Of a DNA stretch of 61,263 nucleotides, positions 8,813 through 19,967 are shown piece by piece (the stretch's first letter is position 1; each line of letters begins with the position of its first letter). Where the stretch lies: NCBI GenBank assembly GCA_938015255.1, contig CALLQC010000017.1, positions 1 to 61,263 on the forward strand, read 5' to 3'. The notes beneath the pieces are model-generated. The model ran no database searches. It was not told the DNA's origin and saw nothing but the letters and a program-made list of their open reading frames with translations. The translations under genes and the position numbers were made by a program. Source of the DNA: an uncultured Erythrobacter sp. (GTDB lineage Bacteria; Pseudomonadota; Alphaproteobacteria; Sphingomonadales; Sphingomonadaceae).

Positions 8813-11800
8813 ATGAATAATTGCAGTGCCGCCTCTGATGACAAATGGCATTTCTGGATCGACCGTGGTGGAACATTCACCGATATCGTCGCGCGCTCTT
8901 CGAAAGGTAGCCTCGAGACCCGAAAGTATTTGTCGGAGAACCCGGACAGCTATGGTGATGCCGCATTGCACGGCATCCGGCAGATCCTGGGATTGGGTGC
9001 AAATGTTCCAGTTCCGCAGGATCTGATCGCATCGATCAAGATGGGAACGACAGTTGCAACGAACGCCTTGCTTGAACGCCAGGGTGAGCCGACTGTTCTT
9101 GTGACGACCCGCGGCCATGCCGATGTGATTGAAATAGGCTATCAGGCACGCCCTGATACCTTCGCTCTTGATATACGCAAGCCGACCCTGCTCTATGATT
9201 ATGTCATCGAAGCTGGAGAGCGGATCCAGGCCTCGGGCCATGTGGATCATCCGCTGGATGAAGCACATCTGGAAAGAGAGCTTCGCACTGCTTTCAAGCT
9301 AGGATTCCGCTCTGTTGCAATCGCATTTTTGCATTCCCACAAGTTCCCGGCGCACGAGATGTGCGCTGCTGATATCGCTCGCCAAATTGGCTTTACGCAA
9401 ATCTCGGCCAGCCACGATGTGAGCCCTCTCATCAAGATTGTTTCGCGCGCAGAAACGTGCGTGGTCGATGCTTACCTGACGCCGATCCTGCGGCGCTATG
9501 TACAGCAAATTTCTGACGCTTTGGGTGGCAGTATTGAGCCTGGCAAACTGCTCTTTATGCAGTCATCGGGCGGGCTGACTGATGCGGCACAATTCCGCGG
9601 CCGTGATGCGATACTCTCTGGTCCGGCTGGCGGCATAATCGGCTGCGTCGAAACGGCGAGACAGGCGGGATTCGAAAAGATCATCGGCTTCGATATGGGT
9701 GGTACATCGACCGACGTATCGCATTATGCCGGTGGGTTGGAGAAGGTCTACGAAACCGAAGTTGCAGGCGTGCGCATGCGGGTGCCAATGCTCGATATCC
9801 ATACCGTGGCAGCGGGAGGCGGCTCGGTTTTGCGGCATCAGGACGGTCGCTTTCGCGTGGGCCCGCAATCCGCTGGAGCCGATCCCGGTCCGGCCTGCTA
9901 TCGGCGCGGCGGCCCGCTGGCAGTAACGGATATCAATGTTTGTTTAGGCAAGCTCGGCGCGGATTTTTTCCCGCCTATCTTCGGGCCGAATCAAGACCAG
10001 CCACTGGATATCGAGGCATCGAAGAAAGGCTTTGCTGCGATCTCCTGCGAGCTCGAAGATGGTCGCAGTGCGGAGGAGGTAGCGGAGGGGTTTCTCGATA
10101 TCGCGATCGAGCACATGGCGCAGGCGATCAAAAAAATCTCGGTCGCGCGTGGATACGATGTCAGCGATTATGTGCTCAACTGCTTTGGCGGGGCAGGCGG
10201 GCAACATGCGTGCCTTGTCGCCGAACGGCTTGGCATCAAACAGATCTTGCTCCATCGTTTTTCAGGCGTCCTTTCTGCCTACGGTATGGGGCTTGCGAAG
10301 AGTGCGGTTGAGCATCAAAGGGTCATTGGCGAAAGGCTAAACGACGGCGACAAAAAAGGCTGGGAAACGGTGATCGACGAGCTGACCGCCGCCGGTGAAC
10401 GAGAACTTTCATTGCAAGGCATCCCTGCGGCCTCGATACAAACGCAGGCTCAAGCACTCTTGCGTTATGAACGAAGCGATACTTCGCTGCTTGTCAATTT
10501 TGATACTGCCACAACCATGCAGGCCGCTTTTGAAACTGCCCACCGCCAGCAATACGGTTTTACGGCAGAGGATAAGCCGGTAGTGCTCGATACCCTGATT
10601 GTTCAATCAAGTGCAGGCGCGGTGCCCGTTTCCGAAAAAGCAGCAAAACATAAAAGTTTTGAAGAACCGCCAATCGCTTCGCGCACCCGGTTCTTCGCAA
10701 GAGGCAGATGGCACTCAGCCCCGATCTATCAGATTGAAAGTCTCCGCTTTGGCCATTCGATTAGCGGTCCCGCGATTGTAGCCGAGCCGACAGGTACAAT
10801 AGTGATTGAACCGGGATGGCAGGGGCAGATCAATGAATGTGGACACCTCATTTTGAATGCGGCGGAAATGCGCGCTACTTCCGTAAATCCTTCAGCTGAT
10901 GCTGATCCTGTCACTCTAGAAATATTCAACAATCTTTACATGTCGATTGCCGAGCAGATGGGCATCATCCTGCGCAACACATCGCAGTCGGTAAATGTTA
11001 AAGAACGGCTCGATTTCTCATGCGCGATCTTCGATGAAACGGGCAATCTTGTCGCCAATGCGCCGCACGTTCCGGTCCATCTTGGGTCAATGGATGCCAG
11101 CGTCCGAACGATCATCGCAAGCGGGCAGTCGATCAATCCCGGTGACGCTTTTGTGCAGAACAATCCGCACAATGGCGGATCTCACTTGCCAGACATCACC
11201 GTCGTAACGCCCGTTTTCGACATCGAAACCAAGAACATCCTGTTTTTCGTCGCAAGCCGTGCCCATCACGAAGATGTTGGCGGGCTGTCTCCTGGGTCAA
11301 TGTCTCCGCATGGTCGCACAATCGAGGAAGAAGGTGTGATCCTAGACAACATCAAGCTTGTCGAAGGCGGCACCTTCATGACGGAGAGGATCAGGGCTGC
11401 GTTCGAACAGGGGCCATATCCTGCACGCAATGTGGATCAGAATATTGCTGACCTGATGGCTCAGATCGCCGCAAACGCCGCAGGAAGCGCAGAGCTCGGC
11501 AAGCTCGTGAAATCATACGGACTTGAAACGGTGCACGCTTACATGCGCCACATTCAAGACAACGCCGAAGTCGCAGTGCGCCGCGTGTTGCGGGAGCTTC
11601 AGGACGGCGAGTTTCAGCTATCGCTGGATAGCGGCGCTCAGATTGCCGTGAAAGTGACTGTTGATCGCAAGGCAGGTGCCGCAAAGATCGATTTCACCGG
11701 GACCAGCCCGCAGCAAGACAGTGCTTTCAACGCCCCTTTCGCAGTAGTGAAAGCAGCGGTGCTTTATGTAATACGCTGCCTTGTCGCCGACCAAATCCCT

Positions 11801-12460
11801 CTCAATGCGGGCTGCATGAAACCATTGGAGATCACCGTTCCAGAAGGTTCAATGCTTAACCCAGCTTACCCCGCAGCTGTGGTTGCCGGCAATGTCGAGA
11901 CGAGCCAGGCGATTACTGATGCACTGTTTATGGCGCTTGGCCGATTGGGCTCCAGCCAGGGCACGATGAACAATCTCACCTTCGGCAATAATCGCTATCA
12001 GTATTATGAGACCATCTGCTCTGGAGCGCCTGCCGGACCCCATTTTGACGGTGCATCGGCAGTGCACACGCATATGACCAACACGCGGATGACCGATCCG
12101 GAAGTCCTTGAACAGCGATATCCTGTGGTGCTCGATACCTTTCGCATTGATCGCGGGTCGGGCGGAAAGGGTAGGTTCAACGCTGGCGACGGTATCACGC
12201 GGTCAATTCGGTTCCTTGAGGACATGGAGTGCTCGATCCTGTCAGACCATCGCAGCGTTGCACCCTTGGGTTTATGTGGAGGCGAGCCGGGCCGGTTAGG
12301 GATCAACACTGTTGAGGGACGTGACGGGAGCGTGGAAAAACTCGGCGGTTGCGGGAGCGTCACGGTGCGCGAAGGTGACCGTGTCGTTATCCAGTCTCCT
12401 ACAGGAGGGGGACATGGCCCGAAATCCGAGCGCAAAGTGCAAAGGCAACGGGTTCCGTGA
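8813..12460 (+). CDS. 5-oxoprolinase (ATP-hydrolysing), fused hydantoinase A/B type
   Basis: [77 protein letters not shown]; 1215 aa. Confidence 0.93.
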   Translation: MNNCSAASDDKWHFWIDRGGTFTDIVARSSKGSLETRKYLSENPDSYGDAALHGIRQILGLGANVPVPQDLIASIKMGTTVATNALLERQGEPTVLVTTRGHADVIEIGYQARPDTFALDIRKPTLLYDYVIEAGERIQASGHVDHPLDEAHLERELRTAFKLGFRSVAIAFLHSHKFPAHEMCAADIARQIGFTQISASHDVSPLIKIVSRAETCVVDAYLTPILRRYVQQISDALGGSIEPGKLLFMQSSGGLTDAAQFRGRDAILSGPAGGIIGCVETARQAGFEKIIGFDMGGTSTDVSHYAGGLEKVYETEVAGVRMRVPMLDIHTVAAGGGSVLRHQDGRFRVGPQSAGADPGPACYRRGGPLAVTDINVCLGKLGADFFPPIFGPNQDQPLDIEASKKGFAAISCELEDGRSAEEVAEGFLDIAIEHMAQAIKKISVARGYDVSDYVLNCFGGAGGQHACLVAERLGIKQILLHRFSGVLSAYGMGLAKSAVEHQRVIGERLNDGDKKGWETVIDELTAAGERELSLQGIPAASIQTQAQALLRYERSDTSLLVNFDTATTMQAAFETAHRQQYGFTAEDKPVVLDTLIVQSSAGAVPVSEKAAKHKSFEEPPIASRTRFFARGRWHSAPIYQIESLRFGHSISGPAIVAEPTGTIVIEPGWQGQINECGHLILNAAEMRATSVNPSADADPVTLEIFNNLYMSIAEQMGIILRNTSQSVNVKERLDFSCAIFDETGNLVANAPHVPVHLGSMDASVRTIIASGQSINPGDAFVQNNPHNGGSHLPDITVVTPVFDIETKNILFFVASRAHHEDVGGLSPGSMSPHGRTIEEEGVILDNIKLVEGGTFMTERIRAAFEQGPYPARNVDQNIADLMAQIAANAAGSAELGKLVKSYGLETVHAYMRHIQDNAEVAVRRVLRELQDGEFQLSLDSGAQIAVKVTVDRKAGAAKIDFTGTSPQQDSAFNAPFAVVKAAVLYVIRCLVADQIPLNAGCMKPLEITVPEGSMLNPAYPAAVVAGNVETSQAITDALFMALGRLGSSQGTMNNLTFGNNRYQYYETICSGAPAGPHFDGASAVHTHMTNTRMTDPEVLEQRYPVVLDTFRIDRGSGGKGRFNAGDGITRSIRFLEDMECSILSDHRSVAPLGLCGGEPGRLGINTVEGRDGSVEKLGGCGSVTVREGDRVVIQSPTGGGHGPKSERKVQRQRVP

Positions 12461-13668
12461 TTGATCGCTTGCGCAATATCGGGCCCGGGGCGATGGTCTC
12501 GGCGGCATTTATCGGTCCGGGAACAGTCACGGCCTGCACGCTTGCCGGAGTGAACTTCGGTTATGCGCTTCTCTGGGCATTGGTCTTTGCGACCTTCGCG
12601 ACGATTGTTCTGCAGGAAATGGCGGCGCGGCTTGGCGTGATTACGAAGCAAGGCCTGGGTGAAAACCTCGCTACACTGTTCGATTCCACCATCTGGAAAT
12701 GGCCGCTAATAATCTTGGTTGGGCTGGCTTTGTATTTGGGAAACTCCGCCTATGAGGCTGGCAATCTTGCCGGAGCGGCGCTGGGCATTTCGGCGATTGC
12801 TGGCGAGTCTGCAGCCGTCTTCAATGCTTCGATCGTTTCGATAAGCATCCTTGCTTCTGGATTGTTGCTTGCCGGGACATATAAGCAGGTAGAAAGGTTC
12901 CTGCTTGTCCTTGTGGCGATCATGGCGGTCAGCTTTGTTGCAACCTTCGCCATCGTCCGTCCGGACTTGGCGGCGCTTTTCCGGGGGGTGATAATCCCAA
13001 TCATTCCTGATGGAGCGCTTCTTACCGTTGTCGCGCTGATCGGGACGACAGTGGTGCCGTACAACCTTTTCCTTCACTCGACAGCTGTTCGAAACAAGTG
13101 GACAGATGAGCGAGACTTGGGCGCGGCCAGGGCCGATACCGCGATTGCAATTGGGATTGGCGGAATTATTGCGATCCTGATCGCATCGACCGCTGCTGCG
13201 AGCCTTTTTGCTTCGGGACTTTCTGCCGATAGCGCGGGAGACTTCGCAAAGCAATTTGAACCGCTCTTCGGTTCTGGTGCGAAATACGTGCTCGGTCTCG
13301 GCTTGTTTGCTGCCGGACTGACAAGCGCGATAACCGCGCCGCTCGCCACCGGCTATGCCATGACCGAAATCCTTCAAGTGAAAGGCGGCCAGCAATCGCG
13401 AGCGTTCCGGATGATTTGCATAAGCGTCATAGTTATCGGGGCATGCTTATCGCTTACTGGCATTAAGCCGGTGGAGATTATCGTCACAGCGCAGTTTGCT
13501 AATGGATTGTTGCTACCGGTGATCGGTGCATTCCTGTTTTATGCAGTCAACCGGACAAGCTTACTTGGTAAATTTACCAACGGATGGTTGGCGAATTGTC
13601 TGGGGGCGGCGGTTCTGATTATCACGATCGGACTGGGAGCTAGGCTGGTTATTTCGGCGATACTCTGA
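12457..13668 (+). CDS. Nramp-superfamily (YcsG-like) permease, probably 5-oxoproline uptake
   Basis: AAFIGPGTV, LQEMAARLG, LIGTTVVPYNLFLH; overlaps the oxoprolinase stop (GTGA). Confidence 0.85.
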   Translation: MIDRLRNIGPGAMVSAAFIGPGTVTACTLAGVNFGYALLWALVFATFATIVLQEMAARLGVITKQGLGENLATLFDSTIWKWPLIILVGLALYLGNSAYEAGNLAGAALGISAIAGESAAVFNASIVSISILASGLLLAGTYKQVERFLLVLVAIMAVSFVATFAIVRPDLAALFRGVIIPIIPDGALLTVVALIGTTVVPYNLFLHSTAVRNKWTDERDLGAARADTAIAIGIGGIIAILIASTAAASLFASGLSADSAGDFAKQFEPLFGSGAKYVLGLGLFAAGLTSAITAPLATGYAMTEILQVKGGQQSRAFRMICISVIVIGACLSLTGIKPVEIIVTAQFANGLLLPVIGAFLFYAVNRTSLLGKFTNGWLANCLGAAVLIITIGLGARLVISAIL

Positions 13669-13726
13669 CATCCCCTATAGGGCTGGCGGATTGCAGCAGA
13701 CTGAAAATTGAGAGGGGGCAATTTTC

Positions 13727-15826
13727 GTGACAGACAATGCAGAACACGGGGCGCGCAGGCCGGGGTTTTTCCGGCGAGGTTGGCGAAATGTGCGTGAAGC
13801 TGGCCCGGTGCAACTGGTCGCGACGGTTTTTATTATTGCCCTGGCTGTTTTTATCGCTCGCTTCAGCTGGGTCATGCCGGACGGCGAAGAGCCTACCCCA
13901 TTTACGAGCTCGGCAGAGCATGCTCTTTACGACATCAGAAGCTTTGTCGCAGCCGATATCGTCGATCCGGACGAGCGGGTCGTCATGGTCGTTTACACGG
14001 ACCAAACCCTGATCAACGAAGGGAAAAGGTCACCATTGCCGCGCGGCGTTCTGGCCGAAGCTCTTCGCAACATTGATCAAATGAATCCCAAAGCGATCGG
14101 GATCGACATTCTCTTTGATCAGCCTCAGGAAGAGGACGCGGATCTGGTTGATGCATTGCGCGGAATGAAGGCTCCGGTGGCAGTAGGTTACGCGGCTGTC
14201 GAGACGAACGAAGATGATATCGTTTATGAGCAACAGGTCTTTCTTGAAGAGTTCATGGCAGCGCTTGAAGGAAGCAACGCGCGTCCGGCCAGCATCAGAC
14301 TCGATAATTCGATGGGAGCGACCCGGGTTTGGCCAAGCATCGAACCGAATTTGCCTCCTCTCTTGGGCAGGGCGATGCTTCAGGATTCGGGCGGGCCCTA
14401 CGAACTTTTTGCCGGCTATGAGGGCGCAATAGATTACCGCCACAGCAAGCTGGAAGTGCAGGAGAGCGAAGAAGGCGGTAGTGCGGCCTCGCGCGAGTCT
14501 TCGCCGCTGTTTACGTCCATAGATATTTCGCTGTTTGTCGACCTTGATCCGGATGTGCTTCCCTTCATTGCAGAGCAGATCCAGGGCAAATATGTCCTGA
14601 TCGGCGGCGATATCGTGGATTATGACCGGGTCGAAACGTCGTTCACTTCGATGAACGGCGAAGTGCCTCCTGGAATTTCGGTACATGCGGAAATGATTTC
14701 GCAAATGCTGGATGGGCGGGCAATGGATCAGATTGCTCCGTGGACCTTATGGATTATGGCGGTTTTGGTCGTGACCACGGCCGTCCTGGCCGCTTTGCTT
14801 GAATGGCGGGCCATGCGATTGGTGCCGCTCCTGCTCCTGCTGTTCGGATTATTTATTGGCATTCCATTCGTGCTTCAGTTCAGCAATGTCGATACCTACG
14901 GTCTGCCAGCGATTGGTTGGCTTGTCGGGTGGATAATTGCTTTCACTGCGATCACTGCTGCGGCGCGTACCGCAGGCGCTGCCCAGCGGAACTTTGCTAC
15001 AGGCGCGCTTGGAAAATACATTCCAAAGGATATCGCGCAGCAGATTATTGATCAGCCAGAGCTGCTCTCCCTAGGGGGAGAAAAACGGGCAATCTATGTA
15101 ATGTTTTCCGACCTCGAAGGCTTTACGAAAATGAGCCACGCGATTGAGCCGGAAATGGTTGCGAAGCTCCTGAACCGGTATCTTGAAATGCTAAGTCAGG
15201 TGGTGCTCGATCATGGCGGAGTGATTGACAAATTCGTTGGCGATGCTGTCGTCGCGTTCTGGGGGGCGCCGATATCGCGGCCCGACGATGGCGAGCGCGC
15301 CGCCAAAGCCGGGTACGCAATCTGGCAGGCGGGGGAGGCATTCCGCAAGGAAGTGGCAGAGATGGATCCCGCATTGCCGAAAATCGGTAAGACCCGGGTC
15401 GGGCTGCATTTTGGCGAGGCGGTGATTGGCAATTTCGGCGGCGATACGCGTATCCAGTATACCGCACTTGGTGACAGCATGAATACCTCTGCCCGGCTTG
15501 AAGCTGCAAACAAGGCTCTCCTTACATCGGTAATGGCCAGCCGTGAATTTGCCGAACGGTCTGGTCTCGATTGGTGGCGCCAAATGGGGCGTGTCCGACT
15601 GCGCGGGCGTGCCCAGCCGGTCGATCTGTTTGAGCCAGCACCAGACTTCCCCGAGGAAGATCGTGCAATATTGGCGGAATCATGCAATCTCGCCGCACAC
15701 GATAGTGTTAAGGCCAAGGCAATGGTCGATCAGGTAATCAAACGGCATCCTCGCGATCTGGGGCTGCATAATCTTGCTGACCGCCTGGAAAATCTAAGTG
15801 AAGGGGGAACTTATGTTCTCGGCTAA
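13727..15826 (+). CDS. CHASE2-domain class III adenylate cyclase
   Basis: TM, then CHASE2 (RSPLPR, AIGIDILFD, GKYVLIG, PGISVHA), 3 TM and a cyclase domain (FSDLEGFT, DKFVGDAV, YTALGDSMNTSARLE). The Lys/Thr specificity residues indicate ATP as substrate. Confidence 0.92.
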   Translation: MTDNAEHGARRPGFFRRGWRNVREAGPVQLVATVFIIALAVFIARFSWVMPDGEEPTPFTSSAEHALYDIRSFVAADIVDPDERVVMVVYTDQTLINEGKRSPLPRGVLAEALRNIDQMNPKAIGIDILFDQPQEEDADLVDALRGMKAPVAVGYAAVETNEDDIVYEQQVFLEEFMAALEGSNARPASIRLDNSMGATRVWPSIEPNLPPLLGRAMLQDSGGPYELFAGYEGAIDYRHSKLEVQESEEGGSAASRESSPLFTSIDISLFVDLDPDVLPFIAEQIQGKYVLIGGDIVDYDRVETSFTSMNGEVPPGISVHAEMISQMLDGRAMDQIAPWTLWIMAVLVVTTAVLAALLEWRAMRLVPLLLLLFGLFIGIPFVLQFSNVDTYGLPAIGWLVGWIIAFTAITAAARTAGAAQRNFATGALGKYIPKDIAQQIIDQPELLSLGGEKRAIYVMFSDLEGFTKMSHAIEPEMVAKLLNRYLEMLSQVVLDHGGVIDKFVGDAVVAFWGAPISRPDDGERAAKAGYAIWQAGEAFRKEVAEMDPALPKIGKTRVGLHFGEAVIGNFGGDTRIQYTALGDSMNTSARLEAANKALLTSVMASREFAERSGLDWWRQMGRVRLRGRAQPVDLFEPAPDFPEEDRAILAESCNLAAHDSVKAKAMVDQVIKRHPRDLGLHNLADRLENLSEGGTYVLG

Positions 15827-16544
15827 AGCCAAATCTCGTTTTGCCGGTCTGATGCTTGCTGGGGCGGTGCTTGCTGCTCCTGTGGCTGCAATGGCCGGTG
15901 TTGTTGTGAAATCGACTGGCCCGTCTTCGAGCAAATATCCCGTGGGTGCCAAGGTCGATGATAACGCCACGATCACGCTCAAGGCCGGCGACAGCGTCAC
16001 CGTTCTCACATCCAAAGGCACAAAGGTTATGAAGGGTGCCGGTTCATTTAAGGTCGGCGACAAGCCCAAGGCGACCCGTGCACGGTTTGCTGCCTTGACC
16101 CGAACGCGTAACGCAAATCGCGTTCGCACCGGAGCAGTGCGCGGCACAGGCGCGGCGTCTAAGCCAACGAATCCCAATCTTTGGTATGTTGACGTTACAC
16201 AAAGCGGCACAATCTGTCTGACAGACACAACCGAGGTTCGTTTGTGGCGTCCTTCGACCGAAGGTATTGCAACCTACAATGTCGCTGACGGCAACAGTGG
16301 GGCGTCTGTTGATGTGACATTTGACGAAAGTGAAAGCGTTGCGCCGCTGGATCCAGCGATCCTGAGTATTACGACAGGCACACCGTATTCGGTGACCGGA
16401 CCCGGGCAGGGCGAGGCGCAAGTTACCATCACCTTTGCCAAGCTCGATCAGGAATACACTCAGGCTGATCAGCTGGCCGAAGCGCTCGTGGCAGCCGGCT
16501 GTATGACACAGATCAACCAAATGGCAGATCGCCTCGCCGGATAG
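15813..16544 (+). CDS. Secreted hypothetical protein coupled to the CHASE2 cyclase
   Basis: RBS AAGGGGG before ATG 15813; overlaps the cyclase stop; Sec signal ending AMA; beta-rich N-domain, TGAVRG motif, two Cys. Confidence 0.8.
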   Translation: MFSAKAKSRFAGLMLAGAVLAAPVAAMAGVVVKSTGPSSSKYPVGAKVDDNATITLKAGDSVTVLTSKGTKVMKGAGSFKVGDKPKATRARFAALTRTRNANRVRTGAVRGTGAASKPTNPNLWYVDVTQSGTICLTDTTEVRLWRPSTEGIATYNVADGNSGASVDVTFDESESVAPLDPAILSITTGTPYSVTGPGQGEAQVTITFAKLDQEYTQADQLAEALVAAGCMTQINQMADRLAG

Positions 16545-16556
16545 ATCATTCGCAAC

Positions 16557-17927
16557 CTAATCTGATGGAATCAGCGTCAGCTCCGTCTGTCGCCCGTCCA
16601 GATAGCGAACGGTTTCGCCGTCAAAATAGGCATCTTCTTCAGATCGGAAATCGACGCGCTGTCCGCCCCATTCGGGTACGGCGCTGTAAGTCGTAAACTC
16701 AATCGACCATGTCGTTCCTGCGTGCACGGGATACTCGCCGCGCGGATCAGCGTTCTGATTGTCCCAGAAACCGATGGCTGTGCCTGCGCCGTGACCATGA
16801 AGGCCGATGGGGTGCGAATAGATCGAAGGTTCAAAGCCTTCTGCAATTGCCCGGACCCTTGCCCGCGCGAGTATTGTGTTGCCAGCCTCGCCTGCAACAA
16901 AGCTCTCTGTCAAAATAGTTCCAACTCGGTTGGTGTTCGCGAGGCCCTGCACCAGACCGGCCGGTGCTTTGGTCTCACCGGGCTTCAAAACATAGGCAAG
17001 ATGCTGCGTATCGGTATTGAGGCGCAGATAGGTAATGCCGAAATCCGTCCACAGCAGATCGCCTGGCTGGATCGGCTCATCTCCATAAAGCATACCTTCG
17101 GCGCCCTCACGTTGGATTGCGACGGAAGGGTGGAACCACGGCTGAAGACCATTGCGTGCGAGCTCTTCGCGATACCACCACTGCACATCTGCGGCAGTCG
17201 TTTCTCCGGGAGTGATTACATCGCGAGAGAACGCGCGACCGATGAGCGAGTGAGCGATGCGCACTATTCCCGGATAGATTTCAAGCTCTAGGGGCACACG
17301 TTCTTCGAGCCAGCGTATGGCCAGCGTTTCGCCAGATACAATCCGCGCGCGATGTTCAGGGTCGAGCCGGTCTGACATCAACCGATACTGGCTAAGGGTC
17401 ATTCCATCACCGAACGCCGATGTGTCCGAATAATTGATAGCAATCGATTTCGGATCGCGGTCTGCTATCAAATCGGCGACAGCTTGCCATTGATCCGGCT
17501 GTTCTGCTGGATCCCAAACAACCTCAAAGAAGTCTCCGAGCCCGTACCGGCTCACCGTCAACCGTTCAATTTCCCTGCCTTCGCCGGGGTCATGAAAAAT
17601 GAGAATTGTGCGGCGTCTGGCGCTGAACTCATCACCATTGAGCATCGAGGCGATAACAGGCTCCTCGAAGTATTCGCGTGCCATCAGGACCCACATATCC
17701 ACGCCCTGTTCCCGCATGATCTTTGGGATGATCGTCTCGAAACGCTGTTTCAGGATGCGGTCGACCAGTGCTGCGCGCTCACGCATCGGCAGAAGCGCCG
17801 GCATGGCAGGTCGGGTCTCTTCGATCTCCGTCATCGGCAACACTGCGGTAGGAACAGGACCGGCTAGAGCCGGAAACGAAAGGCTGCTCGCCGAAATGCC
17901 GCAAAGGATTGCAAATAGGTTCTTCAT
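16557..17927 (-). CDS. Periplasmic M24-family (Xaa-Pro aminopeptidase-like) metallopeptidase
   Basis: Signal peptide; metal ligands in TDFG, TDTQH, HPIGLHGH, IEF and SEE. Confidence 0.85.
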   Translation of the reverse strand: MKNLFAILCGISASSLSFPALAGPVPTAVLPMTEIEETRPAMPALLPMRERAALVDRILKQRFETIIPKIMREQGVDMWVLMAREYFEEPVIASMLNGDEFSARRRTILIFHDPGEGREIERLTVSRYGLGDFFEVVWDPAEQPDQWQAVADLIADRDPKSIAINYSDTSAFGDGMTLSQYRLMSDRLDPEHRARIVSGETLAIRWLEERVPLELEIYPGIVRIAHSLIGRAFSRDVITPGETTAADVQWWYREELARNGLQPWFHPSVAIQREGAEGMLYGDEPIQPGDLLWTDFGITYLRLNTDTQHLAYVLKPGETKAPAGLVQGLANTNRVGTILTESFVAGEAGNTILARARVRAIAEGFEPSIYSHPIGLHGHGAGTAIGFWDNQNADPRGEYPVHAGTTWSIEFTTYSAVPEWGGQRVDFRSEEDAYFDGETVRYLDGRQTELTLIPSD

Positions 17928-17940
17928 CTCGCCACCTTGA

Positions 17941-19626
17941 TTATACGCCGCCAGTCAGGCGTTCGCGCCAATACCGCGTGAAAAAAATGCCATCGGGATC
18001 GCGTCGCTGTCGAACGGCCAGAAAATCGTCAAAACGAGGCAGGTTTTCGCGGTAATGCACTGCCCATTGGGGGAAATCATAACGGGGCACGAATTTTCCC
18101 CAATGCAGGCGGAACGGCACACCGTTTTCCTTCAGGAGGTTCCAATATTGCCCGAAAAAGCCCTCATCAATATTTGGTGTCTCTTTGTTAGCCCGAAACC
18201 AGTACACATCGAACCTGACTGACCCATCTTTGTAGGCATCCTGTCCATCGGTATATCCCGGATGCATCCAGGCGGAGCTCGGAGGACCGGCGTATACCTC
18301 TGTCGAGAAATACCCCGTTGCAGTAGGGCCATCGGTTTCAAACATGCTTTGGTATAGGTTCATCACTCTTCGCGCTTCACCGATGGGCACCCATATTTCG
18401 GTGAACTCGGTGCCAAGGAAAACATCATCAACAGTGTTGTCCATGCATAAGCTGCGCCAGTAATAATCATGAAAACGCGTTTCCTGCCCAGGCTTGGTCA
18501 GAGGTTGGAACAATGAGAGAAGCGTCGGGAAAATCGCCCGCGCGAGACCTTGCAAGACAGCAAAGAAAGTCCCGACAGCCAAGGTGAGCGCACTCACAAG
18601 CGCTCCCAGCATCAGGTAAAAAATGCGCTGTACCCAGCCACGGGCAAGCCTCCACAGGTTGGACATATAGTGCGGGATGTTGCGAGCGATCAGGCGAAGT
18701 TCGCGAAACGGGTTGGTGTTGCCCAGCAAGATGAATGTCATGCTGCCCAGTATTTGCAAAGTCTGTCCACCTAAATCCGGTGTGAACTGCAGATAAGGTT
18801 TCAGCCCTTTGTCAGAGTGGTCAACGCGCTTTGCCTGCCATATCTGTATCCGTTCTACCCCTTTCTGTGGCCACCAGACTATCCGGGTGTAAGGCGTGGC
18901 TTTCAGATATTGTTCCAGTGATGGCTTGTCCGAGTTTCCTGTTCCAAACAGGTCCACGGGAACTCCTGAGCCACTGGTTGTGGTGGTAATTTCAGTGCCT
19001 TTGATATTGTACATGGGGACCAGTTGAAAACGGATCCTGGTGATCACACCAAGCAATCCCATCGAAGTAGAAACAGCATTGAAGTCGGGATGATCTTTTT
19101 CGATCCATTCCGCATTACCGTTCCCATCGATGATGCGGAAGGCGATCATTCCATCCCATCCATACTGAACTGAACCGCCGGCAGAGCCTGTCAACGTGAA
19201 GCCCGCTACCGTCTGATGTGTTATCCCGCCAAGAACATCAACTGCCCAGCCTTTCTCGAAGATCTGGTGAAGAAAGCTATTCTCCAGCGTTGAAACACCG
19301 AAGGGATCTCCTGGATCATATCCCAGGTTTATTCCCGGTTCGGCTTCGACAATTCCCGCTGCTTCATTCACCCAAGTCAGGGCGCGCATTTTGTCGAATG
19401 CGATATTGATGTCGTCCCCGTCTGGCGGGGATTGCTCGAGTGTCTGGTTAAAAGGTCTGCCGCCCGCCGGATTGGTGTAGATGCTCCAAGCGACAGAATG
19501 TGTGGCGCCTCTTGCGCGAACCTTCTTTTCCGCCTTCCGAGCGAATTCGATCAGGTGAATGATCTGCTCTTCGCTATCTGGATGGAAAAAACCGTCATTT
19601 CCTCTCGGAATGATCATCTCGATCAT
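17941..19626 (-). CDS. FAD-linked oxidase, aldonolactone (ALO/GULO-like) oxidase family
   Basis: HPDSEEQI, RARGATHS (putative covalent-FAD His), QTVAGF..TG, SMGLLGVIT, C-terminal RLHWGK and DPDGIF. Confidence 0.82.
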   Translation of the reverse strand: MIEMIIPRGNDGFFHPDSEEQIIHLIEFARKAEKKVRARGATHSVAWSIYTNPAGGRPFNQTLEQSPPDGDDINIAFDKMRALTWVNEAAGIVEAEPGINLGYDPGDPFGVSTLENSFLHQIFEKGWAVDVLGGITHQTVAGFTLTGSAGGSVQYGWDGMIAFRIIDGNGNAEWIEKDHPDFNAVSTSMGLLGVITRIRFQLVPMYNIKGTEITTTTSGSGVPVDLFGTGNSDKPSLEQYLKATPYTRIVWWPQKGVERIQIWQAKRVDHSDKGLKPYLQFTPDLGGQTLQILGSMTFILLGNTNPFRELRLIARNIPHYMSNLWRLARGWVQRIFYLMLGALVSALTLAVGTFFAVLQGLARAIFPTLLSLFQPLTKPGQETRFHDYYWRSLCMDNTVDDVFLGTEFTEIWVPIGEARRVMNLYQSMFETDGPTATGYFSTEVYAGPPSSAWMHPGYTDGQDAYKDGSVRFDVYWFRANKETPNIDEGFFGQYWNLLKENGVPFRLHWGKFVPRYDFPQWAVHYRENLPRFDDFLAVRQRRDPDGIFFTRYWRERLTGGV

Positions 19627-19967
19627 GCGCCCCCATTTGCCTCTTTTGACGCAAGCTTTGCCGAATGGCGGATAAACTCAAGCAAAATTTGTAAAATTCC
19701 AGGCGTGAACCCATAGCTTCGCAAGTCGGGAGACAGCGCTGTTGAGGATGAGGTTGTACCAACTGTTGCATTCCGCCGCGACCCTTGGGATGAGAATAGG
19801 GGGTTGCATTAACGATGAGAGTCGGGCTTTTTATGACGCGGCTTGACGGGACTATACAAGCATCGCGGTGTTCATGTGGCTATCATGCAGGCCTGTCACC
19901 GCAGGAAGACGGCGCCATCAGGTGCTGAATTCCAATAGGATTGACGCATCTCGCTGGGGGGAAAGAG

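Noticed and set aside
19627-19967. Possible riboswitch or sRNA in the 340-bp divergent spacer
   Set aside because: No recognisable consensus by eye; an Infernal/Rfam scan would be needed.
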